Both the position numbers and the translations under genes were made by a program. The notes below the pieces were generated by a model, which was not told the origin of the DNA, searched no databases, and worked only from the letters and a program-made list of their open reading frames with translations. From an uncultured Verrucomicrobiota bacterium (lineage in GTDB: Bacteria; Verrucomicrobiota; Kiritimatiellia; CAIVKH01): DNA of 45,790 nt. Position 1 is the first letter of the stretch. Every line of letters begins with the position of its first letter. The stretch spans positions 1 through 45,790 of the forward strand of contig CAYTVN010000002.1 of the NCBI GenBank assembly GCA_964441655.1, in the 5' to 3' direction. Of the stretch, positions 1-8,741 are shown piece by piece.

Positions 1-24
1 GGCGGTCCGCCCGGCGTATGGGAA

Positions 25-1206
25 GTGATGGAGCAGAACCCCGCGACCATGATTTCCTTGGAAATTGCCTCGGATGATCCGGCGGGTCAGGTGGTGCTGC
101 AACAGGCGGCCACCTCCACCTGCAGGTGGTCCATCCGGGCCAACTGGAACCTGATGTACTGGCACGCCCTGCCCATGGCAGCCCGGACGCTCCACGAACT
201 GTGGCGCGAGGGCGAAGAGCGATTCCTTCAACGCCGGACCCCGTGCGCCAACTGTGCGCCCGTGACGTCTCGGCGTCTATATGCACCACCCAGCCGGCAG
301 GAGATCAAGGCATTCACCCGCACGCAACAGGCCCTGATTAAATCCGAGCAGGCCATCGACAGCTCCATGATGCGGCAGTGGATTCTGCTGTATGATACTT
401 CAGGCCCCGCCGACCGTCCTGACCTGTCCCGGTTCCGCAGGCTGACGCCACCACCTGACCGGGTGTGGGCGGATCCGTTTATTGTTCAGGTTAACGGACA
501 AACTGTAGTGATGTTTGAGGAGCATATTCTTTCTCGTCCGCATGCCCATATCAGCGCCATGACCGTAGCGGAGGACGGTACCTTTGGCGCTCCGGAGATG
601 GTGCTGGAGCGTCCGTATCATCTATCGTACCCATTCGTTTTCGAGCATCATGGACAGTGGTACATGATCCCGGAAACGCGAGGCCATCGCACGGTGGAGT
701 TGTATATCAGCCGGGATTTTCCTCGGCGCTGGGAGCTTTGCCGCACCCTGCTGGACAACGTCGATGCCGTGGATGCCACCTTGTGGAAGGACGATCAGCG
801 GTGGTGGATGTTCGCGGGCATCATTGAAAGCCGGGGGGCCTACACCTGGACGGATTTGCACCTGTACTACACCGATGATCCCGTGGAGGGCGAGTGGCGG
901 CCGCATGCCCTCAACCCCGTGGTAGCTGACGTGAGACGGTCACGTCCGGCAGGCCGGTTGTTTCACCATAACGGCGTGTTGTACCGCCCGGCCCAGGATG
1001 GTTCGGTGCGCTATGGCTATGGCCTACGCATGCACGAGGTCACCGAATTAACCCTCGAAGGGTACCGCGAGCGGGAAGTGTACGCCCTGGCTCCTACGTG
1101 GGCGCCTGACCTTTGTGGTGTACACACCATCAATCGCGCGGGCAACATCACCATGGCCGACGCCCGTATCGTGCGGCCCAAACCTGACCGCCTCCAGCCC
1201 TCATGA
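25..1206 (+). CDS. beta-propeller-like protein of the 'glucosamine inositolphosphorylceramide transferase-like'/GH43-like bacterial family; function unknown; possibly 5'-truncated by the window edge
   Basis: 393-aa ORF. The frame has no stop back to nt 1, so the true start may lie upstream. The C-terminal ~250 aa carry motifs I associate with this family (RVWADPFIV, HLSYPFVFEHHGQWYMIPET, DATLW). Its stop overlaps the next start (ATGA at 1203). Confidence 0.6.
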   Translation: MMEQNPATMISLEIASDDPAGQVVLQQAATSTCRWSIRANWNLMYWHALPMAARTLHELWREGEERFLQRRTPCANCAPVTSRRLYAPPSRQEIKAFTRTQQALIKSEQAIDSSMMRQWILLYDTSGPADRPDLSRFRRLTPPPDRVWADPFIVQVNGQTVVMFEEHILSRPHAHISAMTVAEDGTFGAPEMVLERPYHLSYPFVFEHHGQWYMIPETRGHRTVELYISRDFPRRWELCRTLLDNVDAVDATLWKDDQRWWMFAGIIESRGAYTWTDLHLYYTDDPVEGEWRPHALNPVVADVRRSRPAGRLFHHNGVLYRPAQDGSVRYGYGLRMHEVTELTLEGYREREVYALAPTWAPDLCGVHTINRAGNITMADARIVRPKPDRLQPS

Positions 1207-2243
1207 CCCATGCCTTACACGTAATTGTCCGATCCGCCGCCGAACGCACGGCGGACTATTGTTGCGCTGATCTGGTCCGACAAACGACCTCTGCCCAGGT
1301 CGAACGGATTGAATCGGCGCCCTTCTGGCGCACGCTCCGGGAGGGGTTGGAACACGGCCTGGCTTCTGGGTCTGAATGGGTGCTTTCGGTTGATGCAGAT
1401 GTGATCCCAGCTCCAGATGCCGTCCAGCGCATCCCAGCCTGCCTGGAAAAAGCTGACGCCGAGGTGGGCGTGATCACCTGCCTGATTCAGGACAAACTCA
1501 TGGGCGGCATGCGGTTTGGCGGGGTGCGGATTTACCGTGCGCGAGCGATTCCCGTCCTGTTGGAGGTCATGCCGCCGCAAGGGGCGGATGTCCGTCCCGA
1601 AACGGCCACCATCAACCGTGCGGCCACGCGAGGCTGGCGCGAATTACAGGTTCCCGCGTTGCTGGGGATTCACGATTATGAGCAATACTATCGGGACCTT
1701 TATCGCAAGGCCTTCCTGCATATGCAGAAGCACGGTTACATGGCTGCACGCTTTCTGCCGGCATGGAAAGAAAAAGCGGCCCTTGATGCAGATTTCCGGG
1801 CTGTCCTGGCCGGCGCAGGCGATGCCCTTTTCGAGGTTTCGGAGGTGGATTGCGATGCCCGCCATTCGGCGTACAAGCCTGAAGCGGCCTTGACGCGCAT
1901 AGGGCTGACGGAGAAAGGCCCCTTTTCATACGAAGCGCGGCGCTATGATGAAGAAATTCGTGCCTGGCAGGAAGCTCAGGATACCGGCAAATCGTCTCCC
2001 ATCGCCCCGCCGGATCAACTGGCCTATGATCGCACATCGCCCGAGGATCAGGTGGTGCGGCGCCTTGAACGCATTGGAGATAACCTCAAGCTGTATGCAG
2101 GATTTTCGGGCAAGACCCGGGCCGCGGCCCTGCATCAGGTGCGTCGTGCCTTGTCGGATGTTGATCTCCTCGACACCTTCAGCGCGCCGGAGTTGCTGCA
2201 ATATTTCAAAACCCGCATGATGCGACTCTTGAGGCGGAGATAG
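1203..2243 (+). CDS. hypothetical GT-A-fold (nucleotide-diphospho-sugar transferase-like) protein
   Basis: 346-aa ORF coupled to the upstream gene by an ATGA overlap. N-terminal beta-strand (HVIVRSAAER) and a D-x-D-like 'SVDADVIP' motif. No antisense alternative looks better. Confidence 0.6.
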   Translation: MTHALHVIVRSAAERTADYCCADLVRQTTSAQVERIESAPFWRTLREGLEHGLASGSEWVLSVDADVIPAPDAVQRIPACLEKADAEVGVITCLIQDKLMGGMRFGGVRIYRARAIPVLLEVMPPQGADVRPETATINRAATRGWRELQVPALLGIHDYEQYYRDLYRKAFLHMQKHGYMAARFLPAWKEKAALDADFRAVLAGAGDALFEVSEVDCDARHSAYKPEAALTRIGLTEKGPFSYEARRYDEEIRAWQEAQDTGKSSPIAPPDQLAYDRTSPEDQVVRRLERIGDNLKLYAGFSGKTRAAALHQVRRALSDVDLLDTFSAPELLQYFKTRMMRLLRRR

Positions 2244-2251
2244 GTTTCTAT

Positions 2252-3100
2252 ATGGCCGCGCGCCCCTGGCTTTTGGTTCATATAGGCGTGATGGCTTTAG
2301 CCGCTCTATCGGCCGCTGTGCAGGTGGGTTGTTCAAAAAAAGCGTCTGTCGGTACTGTAGTATTTCTCGGCGACAGTATCACCGAGGAAGGTCATTTTGT
2401 TGACGATATTGAATCGGTTTGGCGGCTGAAAAAGAGCGGGGTGCCGGGTCGAGTCATATCCCTGGGCGTGGGTGGAGAAACGGTATCCGGATTGACGGAA
2501 CCTCTGTTCCCCGGTGTACGGCCTACCGTGTTTTCGCGGTTGGATCTGGTGCTCGCTCGCCACCGCCCCGCCTGGGTCGTGGCCTGCTATGGAATGAATT
2601 GCGGCCTGTTTCAGCCTTTTGACCAGAGTCGGTTTGCAGCCTATCAGGAAGGCATGGAGCATCTGATCCGGGCCACACGTGCGGCGGGGATCCGGCTTGT
2701 CATTTTGATTCCGCCACCCTTTGCGCGACCGGGACGCACCATGCCGGAAGGCGCAGATAGCGAGGTCCGCCGCCGCAGGGTTGAAGATGCGCACGCAGAA
2801 GCCCGGGCCAAGTTAGCGGGCGAACCCAAGCGCTACGGTTACTATGCTCCGTATGAGTATTATGATGACGTCCTCGCCGTATACGCCGATTGGCTGAGCA
2901 CCCTGGCTGATCGCGAACATGTGTGGGTCGTGGACCTCCGCACGCCTCTGCTGGAAAGACGATCTGAAGCGTACGGTGACGATCCGGTGCATCCCAATCG
3001 CCAAGGCCATCGTATTATGGCGGAAACGTTTTTGAAGGCCTGGCCGGAAATCGCCGGGAACGATGAAAGACGGAAGACGGGGTCTATCCGGTCCCCATGA
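2252..3100 (+). CDS. secreted/lipoprotein SGNH (GDSL) hydrolase-family esterase or acyltransferase
   Basis: Signal peptide ending ...VQVGC. SGNH block I 'VVFLGDSITEEG', block II 'GVGGETVSG', block V 'DPVHPNRQGH'. GGAGA lies 11 nt upstream of the ATG. Confidence 0.85.
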   Translation: MAARPWLLVHIGVMALAALSAAVQVGCSKKASVGTVVFLGDSITEEGHFVDDIESVWRLKKSGVPGRVISLGVGGETVSGLTEPLFPGVRPTVFSRLDLVLARHRPAWVVACYGMNCGLFQPFDQSRFAAYQEGMEHLIRATRAAGIRLVILIPPPFARPGRTMPEGADSEVRRRRVEDAHAEARAKLAGEPKRYGYYAPYEYYDDVLAVYADWLSTLADREHVWVVDLRTPLLERRSEAYGDDPVHPNRQGHRIMAETFLKAWPEIAGNDERRKTGSIRSP

Positions 3101-4350
3101 AAATCGGTCTGTTAACCCAGGAATATCATCTGGGGGAGAATCGTTTCGGCGGAGTGGGGCGGGCTTTCGGAAAAATCGCGAACTGGTTGGCCGATCATGG
3201 GCACGAAGTCACCGTGTATCTGCAGGATCGGACCACCCGCGAAACCGTGGAACGACCTGGATTGCGGGTGGTGCACGTGGCACCGATCCGCCGCTTGCAC
3301 TGGCGGTTGCACCCCCTGATCGACCATCTGCCCGTGCTGGCGCGCAGTTGGTTGTGGCATGAAGAGGTGAACCATGGTCTGGGGGAACGCATCCTGGCCG
3401 ATTACCGGGAGGGCCGCATCGAGGTCCTGTTGGTCAACCGGGGCGTTACCGCGCCATCTTTGGTCACGGGTGGCAAACTACCCACGGTGGTGCGCATGCA
3501 ATATTCGTATCTGCGCAAGCAACGCGTGGAACAGTTGCCGATCACCCTGATGGATCGCTGGCATGATCGCGTGGAGCGAGCGGTGATTCGACACGCCGAT
3601 GGAGTGTATGCGCCGTGTCATTTTACAGCAGAATATGCCCGGGATTTTGCCGGTCGCGAGGTGGAGGTCATCCGCACCCCCATGTTTGAACTGCAACCAG
3701 CCCGCCCCTGGTCAGAGGTGCAGACGCGCTATAATTTGCCAGAGCGTTTCTATCTTTTCTGGGGTGGTCTGATCCGGGTTAAGGGGATCCATGTTCTGGC
3801 GAAGGCTTTGCCGCAGGTATTTAAACGTGATCCGGTGCGTCGGATGGTGATCGTGGGGTCGCGACGTTATGACACGGGCCGGGGCCGGACATCCGCAGAT
3901 GATATTGAGGCCTTGCGGGATCGTTTCCCGGACCGACTCCAGCTGCTGCCCTCGTTGGATCCGCCGGAATTGTTTGCCATCATTCGGCAAGCGGATGTGG
4001 CAGTGCTGCCATCCATCATGGACAACCTGCCCAATGCTCTGCTGGAAGCCATGTACTTTGGGAAAGTGATTGTTGCCTCCCGCGGGGCCAGTCTGGACGA
4101 ATTGATTGAGCACGAAAAAGAAGGGCTGCTGGTGACGCCGGGGCAACCTCGTGAGCTGGCGGATGCCATGGTCCGGGCTGCCACCATGAACGAAGGGGAT
4201 CGCACCCGCATGGGCGCGGCCGCTGCGGTCCGGGTGCGTGCAGCGTGTGAGCCTGATCGGGTAATGGCGCAGGTGGTAGAATTATGCGCGGCGGCCGTGG
4301 AGCGGTATGCCTGCAGCGGGATGGCTCGTTCGGACGGAAAAACGGCATGA
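3097..4350 (+). CDS. glycosyltransferase family 4 (GT-B fold)
   Basis: N-terminus 'MKIGLLTQEY..GGVGRAFGKIANWLADHGHEVTVY' and C-terminal E-x7-E region 'LPSIMDNLPNALLEAMYFGKVIVASR...EGLLV'. ATGA overlap with the upstream gene. Confidence 0.9.
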   Translation: MKIGLLTQEYHLGENRFGGVGRAFGKIANWLADHGHEVTVYLQDRTTRETVERPGLRVVHVAPIRRLHWRLHPLIDHLPVLARSWLWHEEVNHGLGERILADYREGRIEVLLVNRGVTAPSLVTGGKLPTVVRMQYSYLRKQRVEQLPITLMDRWHDRVERAVIRHADGVYAPCHFTAEYARDFAGREVEVIRTPMFELQPARPWSEVQTRYNLPERFYLFWGGLIRVKGIHVLAKALPQVFKRDPVRRMVIVGSRRYDTGRGRTSADDIEALRDRFPDRLQLLPSLDPPELFAIIRQADVAVLPSIMDNLPNALLEAMYFGKVIVASRGASLDELIEHEKEGLLVTPGQPRELADAMVRAATMNEGDRTRMGAAAAVRVRAACEPDRVMAQVVELCAAAVERYACSGMARSDGKTA

Positions 4351-5651
4351 CGAACCCTGTTCCCTTCGCGCGGTGCCGATTGGGATGGCTATTGTTTTTC
4401 CTGGGCATCCTATTGGTAGCGGGGTGTGGTTTGATCTACGCCAAGCGTGAAGGCGTGCGGCAGAAAATTGTGAAACTGCTTGAGGTTCGCATGCCGGAGA
4501 TGCCAGCTGACTATACCTTCCCGGTTGATTGGATAGATCGAGCCCTCGTAAACACGGGTAATAACGCGAGACTAAAAGCCGTTTTTGAAAAAGCCGGGCG
4601 CGGGGAGGAAATCATTCTCGGTTTCATCGGAGGCTCCATTACCCAGGGCCTGGAGGCCTCAAGTCCGCAGACCCAGTATTCTGGGTATGTGCAGCGCTGG
4701 TTCACCAGTGTATTTCCGCTGGCGTCAGTTCGCGTTGTAAATGCCGGCATCAACGCTACCGGATCCGACTACGGGGCGGCGCGAGCCGCTCGGGATCTGT
4801 TGGTCCATGCTCCTGACCTGGTGGTGGTGGAATTTGCCGTGAATGACGCGGATACCCCGGAGGCTGCGGCTTCCTATGAAGGACTGGTCCGGCAGATTCT
4901 GGACAGCCCGAACCGCCCGGCCGTGATTCTGCTTTTTATGTGCAACCGTTGGGGGAACAACGCTCAGGCTTGGGAAAGCAGGATCGGCGAACATTACGGC
5001 TTGCCCGCGGTTAGCTATAAGAATCTGATCGGCCCGGCTCTCGAGTCCGGTCGATTGCAATGGTCGGATTTAAGCCGCGACAGTGTGCATCCCAATGATC
5101 GTGGACATGCCTTCGCGGGCAAATTGCTGCAGATCGTGCTGCAACGTGTGAAGGACAGCCAATCGATGGATGCAGCAGGGGAGCCGCCCAATCCCTTGAT
5201 ATCGGACCACTTTGCCCACTGTTCATTGTCCGAAGCCAACACGCTCACCCCCGTGGTGAATCGGGGATGGCGACTTAAAGAGGACCCGGAACTTGGAGTG
5301 GGGAAGAACTACTTTTTCAGCAGTGATGATCCCGGGTCTGTCATTGAATTCACTGCGCGCGGCCGCAGTTTGTACCTGTCGTATTGGAGGCTGAATGACG
5401 ACATGGGCACCGTGGCGGTGTCGGTGGACGGACGCGCACCACAGAAGTTGGATGCCTGGTGTGCCGACACCTGGGGTGGCTCGCGTGCATCCCAGATGAT
5501 TTGGACCGGGGACGCGTGCGGAGACCACCGCGTGCGGGTTGAACTACTAAACGAAAAGAATGAGGCCAGCGAAGGACATGCCTTTCGCATCCTCGGGTTG
5601 AGCGCGGCGGGTGTGGTCGATACCAATCGAACGACAAGCCCGAGCGGATGA
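4347..5651 (+). CDS. lipoprotein with an N-terminal SGNH hydrolase domain and a C-terminal beta-sandwich-like domain (AlgX-like architecture)
   Basis: I chose the ATG at 4347 (ATGA overlap with the GT4 stop) rather than the ORF-track start at 4284. Lipobox 'LLVAGC'. SGNH blocks 'GFIGGSITQG', 'NAGINATGSDYG', 'EFAVNDA', 'DSVHPNDRGH'. About 170 further residues look beta-rich. Confidence 0.85.
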   Translation: MTNPVPFARCRLGWLLFFLGILLVAGCGLIYAKREGVRQKIVKLLEVRMPEMPADYTFPVDWIDRALVNTGNNARLKAVFEKAGRGEEIILGFIGGSITQGLEASSPQTQYSGYVQRWFTSVFPLASVRVVNAGINATGSDYGAARAARDLLVHAPDLVVVEFAVNDADTPEAAASYEGLVRQILDSPNRPAVILLFMCNRWGNNAQAWESRIGEHYGLPAVSYKNLIGPALESGRLQWSDLSRDSVHPNDRGHAFAGKLLQIVLQRVKDSQSMDAAGEPPNPLISDHFAHCSLSEANTLTPVVNRGWRLKEDPELGVGKNYFFSSDDPGSVIEFTARGRSLYLSYWRLNDDMGTVAVSVDGRAPQKLDAWCADTWGGSRASQMIWTGDACGDHRVRVELLNEKNEASEGHAFRILGLSAAGVVDTNRTTSPSG

Positions 5652-5657
5652 TCACTC

Positions 5658-7073
5658 ATGCTCTTCAATTCCCTTGATTTCGTGATCTTCTTCGCTGTGG
5701 TGTACGGGCTTTACCTCGTGCTCAACCACCGGGCGCAGAATGTGCTGCTGTTTGTGGCCAGCAACTTCTTCTACGGTTGCTGGGACTGGCGGTTCCTTTC
5801 GCTGCTGTGGTTGACCATGGCCATTGACTATGCGTGTGCGCTGGTCATTCACCGCTCCTCGGACGAATCCGTGCGGCGGCGCTTCATCTTCTTCAGCATG
5901 CTCAGCAACCTGGGCATCCTGTTTCTGTTCAAATATTTCGGTTTCTTTGCGGACAGCGCCCAGTTCTTTCTCCATCAGCTCGGCATCGAAGTTGATTGGG
6001 TGACCTTGAATATCGTGCTCCCGGTTGGCGTCTCGTTCTACACGTTCCAGTCCATGAGCTACACGCTGGATGTATACCGGCGGCAACTCACGCCCACCGC
6101 GGATGTGGTGGATTTTGTAGTTTTTGTGACCTATTTCCCGCAATTGGTGGCGGGCCCCATCGAGCGCGCGAGTCATCTGCTGCCGCAGGTGCAGAAACCC
6201 CGGACCATCAAGTATGCCATGGTGCGCGAAGGCGCCTGGCTGATTCTGTTCGGTTATTTCAAAAAGGTGGTGATCGCCGACAACATGGCACCGCTGGTGG
6301 CGGCTGTGTTTGATCATCCCGCGGAGGCGCATGGCCTTTCCATCGCACTCGCCGTGGTGGCGTTTGCCTTCCAGATCTACGGCGATTTCTCCGGTTATAC
6401 CGATATTGCGCGCGGCATCAGCAAGCTGATGGGTTTTGACATCATGCTGAACTTCCGCATGCCGTACTTCGCCCTCAATCCGCAGGATTTCTGGAAACGC
6501 TGGCACATCAGTTTGTCCACCTGGTTGCGTGACTATCTCTACATACCACTCGGCGGCAATCGCGGCAGTGAATTCATGACCTATCGCAATCTATTCCTGA
6601 CCATGTTGCTGGGCGGCTTGTGGCATGGCGCGGCCTGGCACTTCGTGGCCTGGGGTCTGTTCCACGGCGCCTTGTTGATCGTGCACCGACTGGCCACACC
6701 AGTATTGAGCCGGATCCGGCCCACGGGCCGGCCCGGGCAGCGCCTGTGGTGGAGTATCCGGCTGACCACATTTTTCGTGTTCACGTGTTTCGGTTGGCTG
6801 CTCTTCCGCGTGGACCAGCTGGCCGACGTGCCGCTGCTTTTGAGCCGCATGATGAGTCCGTTTGCCTGGAACGGCAAAATGGCGTTGTTGACCATGGCTT
6901 GTCTGTTGCCGCCTTTGCTCCTGGTGGATGTGCTGCAGGAGCGGAGCGGTGACCTCATGGTGGTTAAGCGCTGGAAGGCACCCGCCCGCCTGGCTCTGTA
7001 CGGCGTGTTGTGCGCTTATATCGTATTGACCGGATGGGTCGAGCGCATCGAATTCATCTACTTTCAGTTTTGA
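5658..7073 (+). CDS. MBOAT-family membrane O-acyltransferase (AlgI/PatA/DltB-like), copy 1
   Basis: Hallmarks 'FYTFQSMSYTLDVYRR', 'FPQLVAGPIERA', 'DFSGYTDIARG', 'FWKRWHISLSTWLRDYLYIPLGGNR', 'GLWHGAAW'. C-terminus ends ...YFQF, as in the two paralogues. Confidence 0.95.
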   Translation: MLFNSLDFVIFFAVVYGLYLVLNHRAQNVLLFVASNFFYGCWDWRFLSLLWLTMAIDYACALVIHRSSDESVRRRFIFFSMLSNLGILFLFKYFGFFADSAQFFLHQLGIEVDWVTLNIVLPVGVSFYTFQSMSYTLDVYRRQLTPTADVVDFVVFVTYFPQLVAGPIERASHLLPQVQKPRTIKYAMVREGAWLILFGYFKKVVIADNMAPLVAAVFDHPAEAHGLSIALAVVAFAFQIYGDFSGYTDIARGISKLMGFDIMLNFRMPYFALNPQDFWKRWHISLSTWLRDYLYIPLGGNRGSEFMTYRNLFLTMLLGGLWHGAAWHFVAWGLFHGALLIVHRLATPVLSRIRPTGRPGQRLWWSIRLTTFFVFTCFGWLLFRVDQLADVPLLLSRMMSPFAWNGKMALLTMACLLPPLLLVDVLQERSGDLMVVKRWKAPARLALYGVLCAYIVLTGWVERIEFIYFQF

Positions 7074-7084
7074 ACGGCCCCTTT

Positions 7085-8104
7085 ATGTTTAGTGCGGAAT
7101 ACCTGCAGGCCTATCGCAACCTCCCGTGGTCCATCCGTCGTTGGCACATCGTGTTGGCGGTTGTTTTCGTGCTGATCCTGACGCTCGGGTCAGAGCTTCT
7201 GCGGGTTACCAGCGGGCGCAAGTCCACTCCGGCAGAACCCTACATGTCGTTGGTCAACGACGACCTTGAGGTCATTTTCGCCGGATCATCGCACATCGGA
7301 TACGGCATTGATCCGCGCCTCTTTCACTTGAGGGGCATGAATATCACGGCGGGCGCTTTGAGCTATGAAGGCATGGAGATAATCCTGCGAAAATTCATCG
7401 ATCGGGCCCCGAATTTGAAGGTGTTGGTGGTGGAGGCGGGCATTGTTCCGTTGCGGGTGGACACCATGGCTCGCTTGGATGGTGATTATCGGTCGCTATA
7501 CCGGCTGGGCCTGACCACCTTCGATCTGCCCCTGGGGCCTTACCAGAAAATCATGCAATGGGTGCGAGAGTCGCGTCTGTTGTACCCGATTTACTTTACC
7601 GATCGATGGTCGCCCTCCTTGCTTGTCTGGGGAACGCGACCGTTGGGCAGCGAGGGGGAGGGACGGCTTGATACACGCGGTCATAGTTCGTTGGACCGTG
7701 TCATATCTGAGATCAATGATGGTGCGGTGGTCGTTGAGCATCATCGCAGCGATCATCTGCGCATAGACCATTCAGCCTATAATCTGCCCGCCTTGCTGCG
7801 CATCATGGACTTGGCGCAACAGCGCAATTTGCCCGTGGTTTTCTTCCGCACCCCGCACCATGCCTCCTATCTCGACCTGCGTCCGCCCGAATGGGAGGCG
7901 CAATATCAGCAGATGATGGCGGTTGTCCGGGAACACATGCGACCGGAGTTGTTGCATGTGTTGGACTGGGAACGGCATCCCGCCTTTCAGACCGGGCATT
8001 TTGCCGATGCCGACCACTTGAATGCACGAGGTGTGGTTTTGCTGCGGGATCTGCTTGATCCAGAACTGCAAGCGGCTGCGGGTATGGCCAAGGAAGGAAA
8101 CTGA
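7085..8104 (+). CDS. membrane-anchored SGNH-like protein, putative MBOAT partner (AlgJ/PatB/DltD/DUF1574-like)
   Basis: Start moved to the ATG at 7085, after the MBOAT stop. One N-terminal TM helix. '[14 protein letters not shown]' is a candidate Ser block and 'DADHLNARG' a D-x-x-H block. It lies immediately downstream of an MBOAT gene. Confidence 0.7.
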   Translation: MFSAEYLQAYRNLPWSIRRWHIVLAVVFVLILTLGSELLRVTSGRKSTPAEPYMSLVNDDLEVIFAGSSHIGYGIDPRLFHLRGMNITAGALSYEGMEIILRKFIDRAPNLKVLVVEAGIVPLRVDTMARLDGDYRSLYRLGLTTFDLPLGPYQKIMQWVRESRLLYPIYFTDRWSPSLLVWGTRPLGSEGEGRLDTRGHSSLDRVISEINDGAVVVEHHRSDHLRIDHSAYNLPALLRIMDLAQQRNLPVVFFRTPHHASYLDLRPPEWEAQYQQMMAVVREHMRPELLHVLDWERHPAFQTGHFADADHLNARGVVLLRDLLDPELQAAAGMAKEGN

Positions 8105-8108
8105 CGCC

Positions 8109-8726
8109 ATGAAAGGTATCATGCATGCCCTGCGTGGTGCGCCATTGCGAAGCTGGTGGTGGTCGCTCCGGCTGGGCTCGCGCGCGGTGCGGTTGTATCC
8201 CGGGCTTCACGTACATGTGGGTGAGCTGGCCCGCGTAACCGGTGATGGACAACTTGAACTGGGCGTGGCCTGGCCCGGCCTGCCTTATCGCCCGAGTGCC
8301 TTCAAGCTGGGGGAGGCTGCGCGGTTGGAATTGCTAGGTGGTATGCAGGTGTATTCGGATTGTCTGATAACGGTGGCGCCCCGGGCCACCTTGTCCCTGG
8401 CCAGTGGCTATGCCAACTACGGTTTGCGCTTGGAGTGCTACCAGTCGATTCGCATCGGGTATGGCGTGGCCATTGGTCCGGAGGTCATGATTCGTGACAG
8501 TGATAATCATTCGGTGGATGGCAAGGTCGCCACCGCGCCCGTGGTGATCGGGAACCAGGTCTGGATCGGAGCACGTGCCATCATCCTCAAAGGGGTTACC
8601 ATAGGAGATGGGGCGGTGATCGCCGCGGGAGCCGTGGTAAGTCGTGATGTACCGGCGGGAGCTCTGGTCGGGGGCGTGCCGGCCCGTGTGCTCCGCGAGG
8701 GTGTGCGGTGGCGGAATGAAAGCTGA
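8109..8726 (+). CDS. left-handed beta-helix (hexapeptide-repeat) acetyltransferase, WbbJ/WcaF/LacA-like
   Basis: Start at the ATG at 8109, after the upstream stop at 8104. 'IRDSDNHS' followed by hexapeptide repeats '[49 protein letters not shown]'. Confidence 0.85.
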   Translation: MKGIMHALRGAPLRSWWWSLRLGSRAVRLYPGLHVHVGELARVTGDGQLELGVAWPGLPYRPSAFKLGEAARLELLGGMQVYSDCLITVAPRATLSLASGYANYGLRLECYQSIRIGYGVAIGPEVMIRDSDNHSVDGKVATAPVVIGNQVWIGARAIILKGVTIGDGAVIAAGAVVSRDVPAGALVGGVPARVLREGVRWRNES

Positions 8727-8741
8727 AGACTGAAGATGTCC
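8714..8741. repeat. short tandem heptamer array (GAATGAA AGCTGAA GACTGAA GATGTCC)
   Basis: Read directly. It spans the acetyltransferase stop (8724-8726) and the GT4 start (8736). The reverse complement (TTCAGnn) is related to the TCAGAnn family. Confidence 0.5.
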
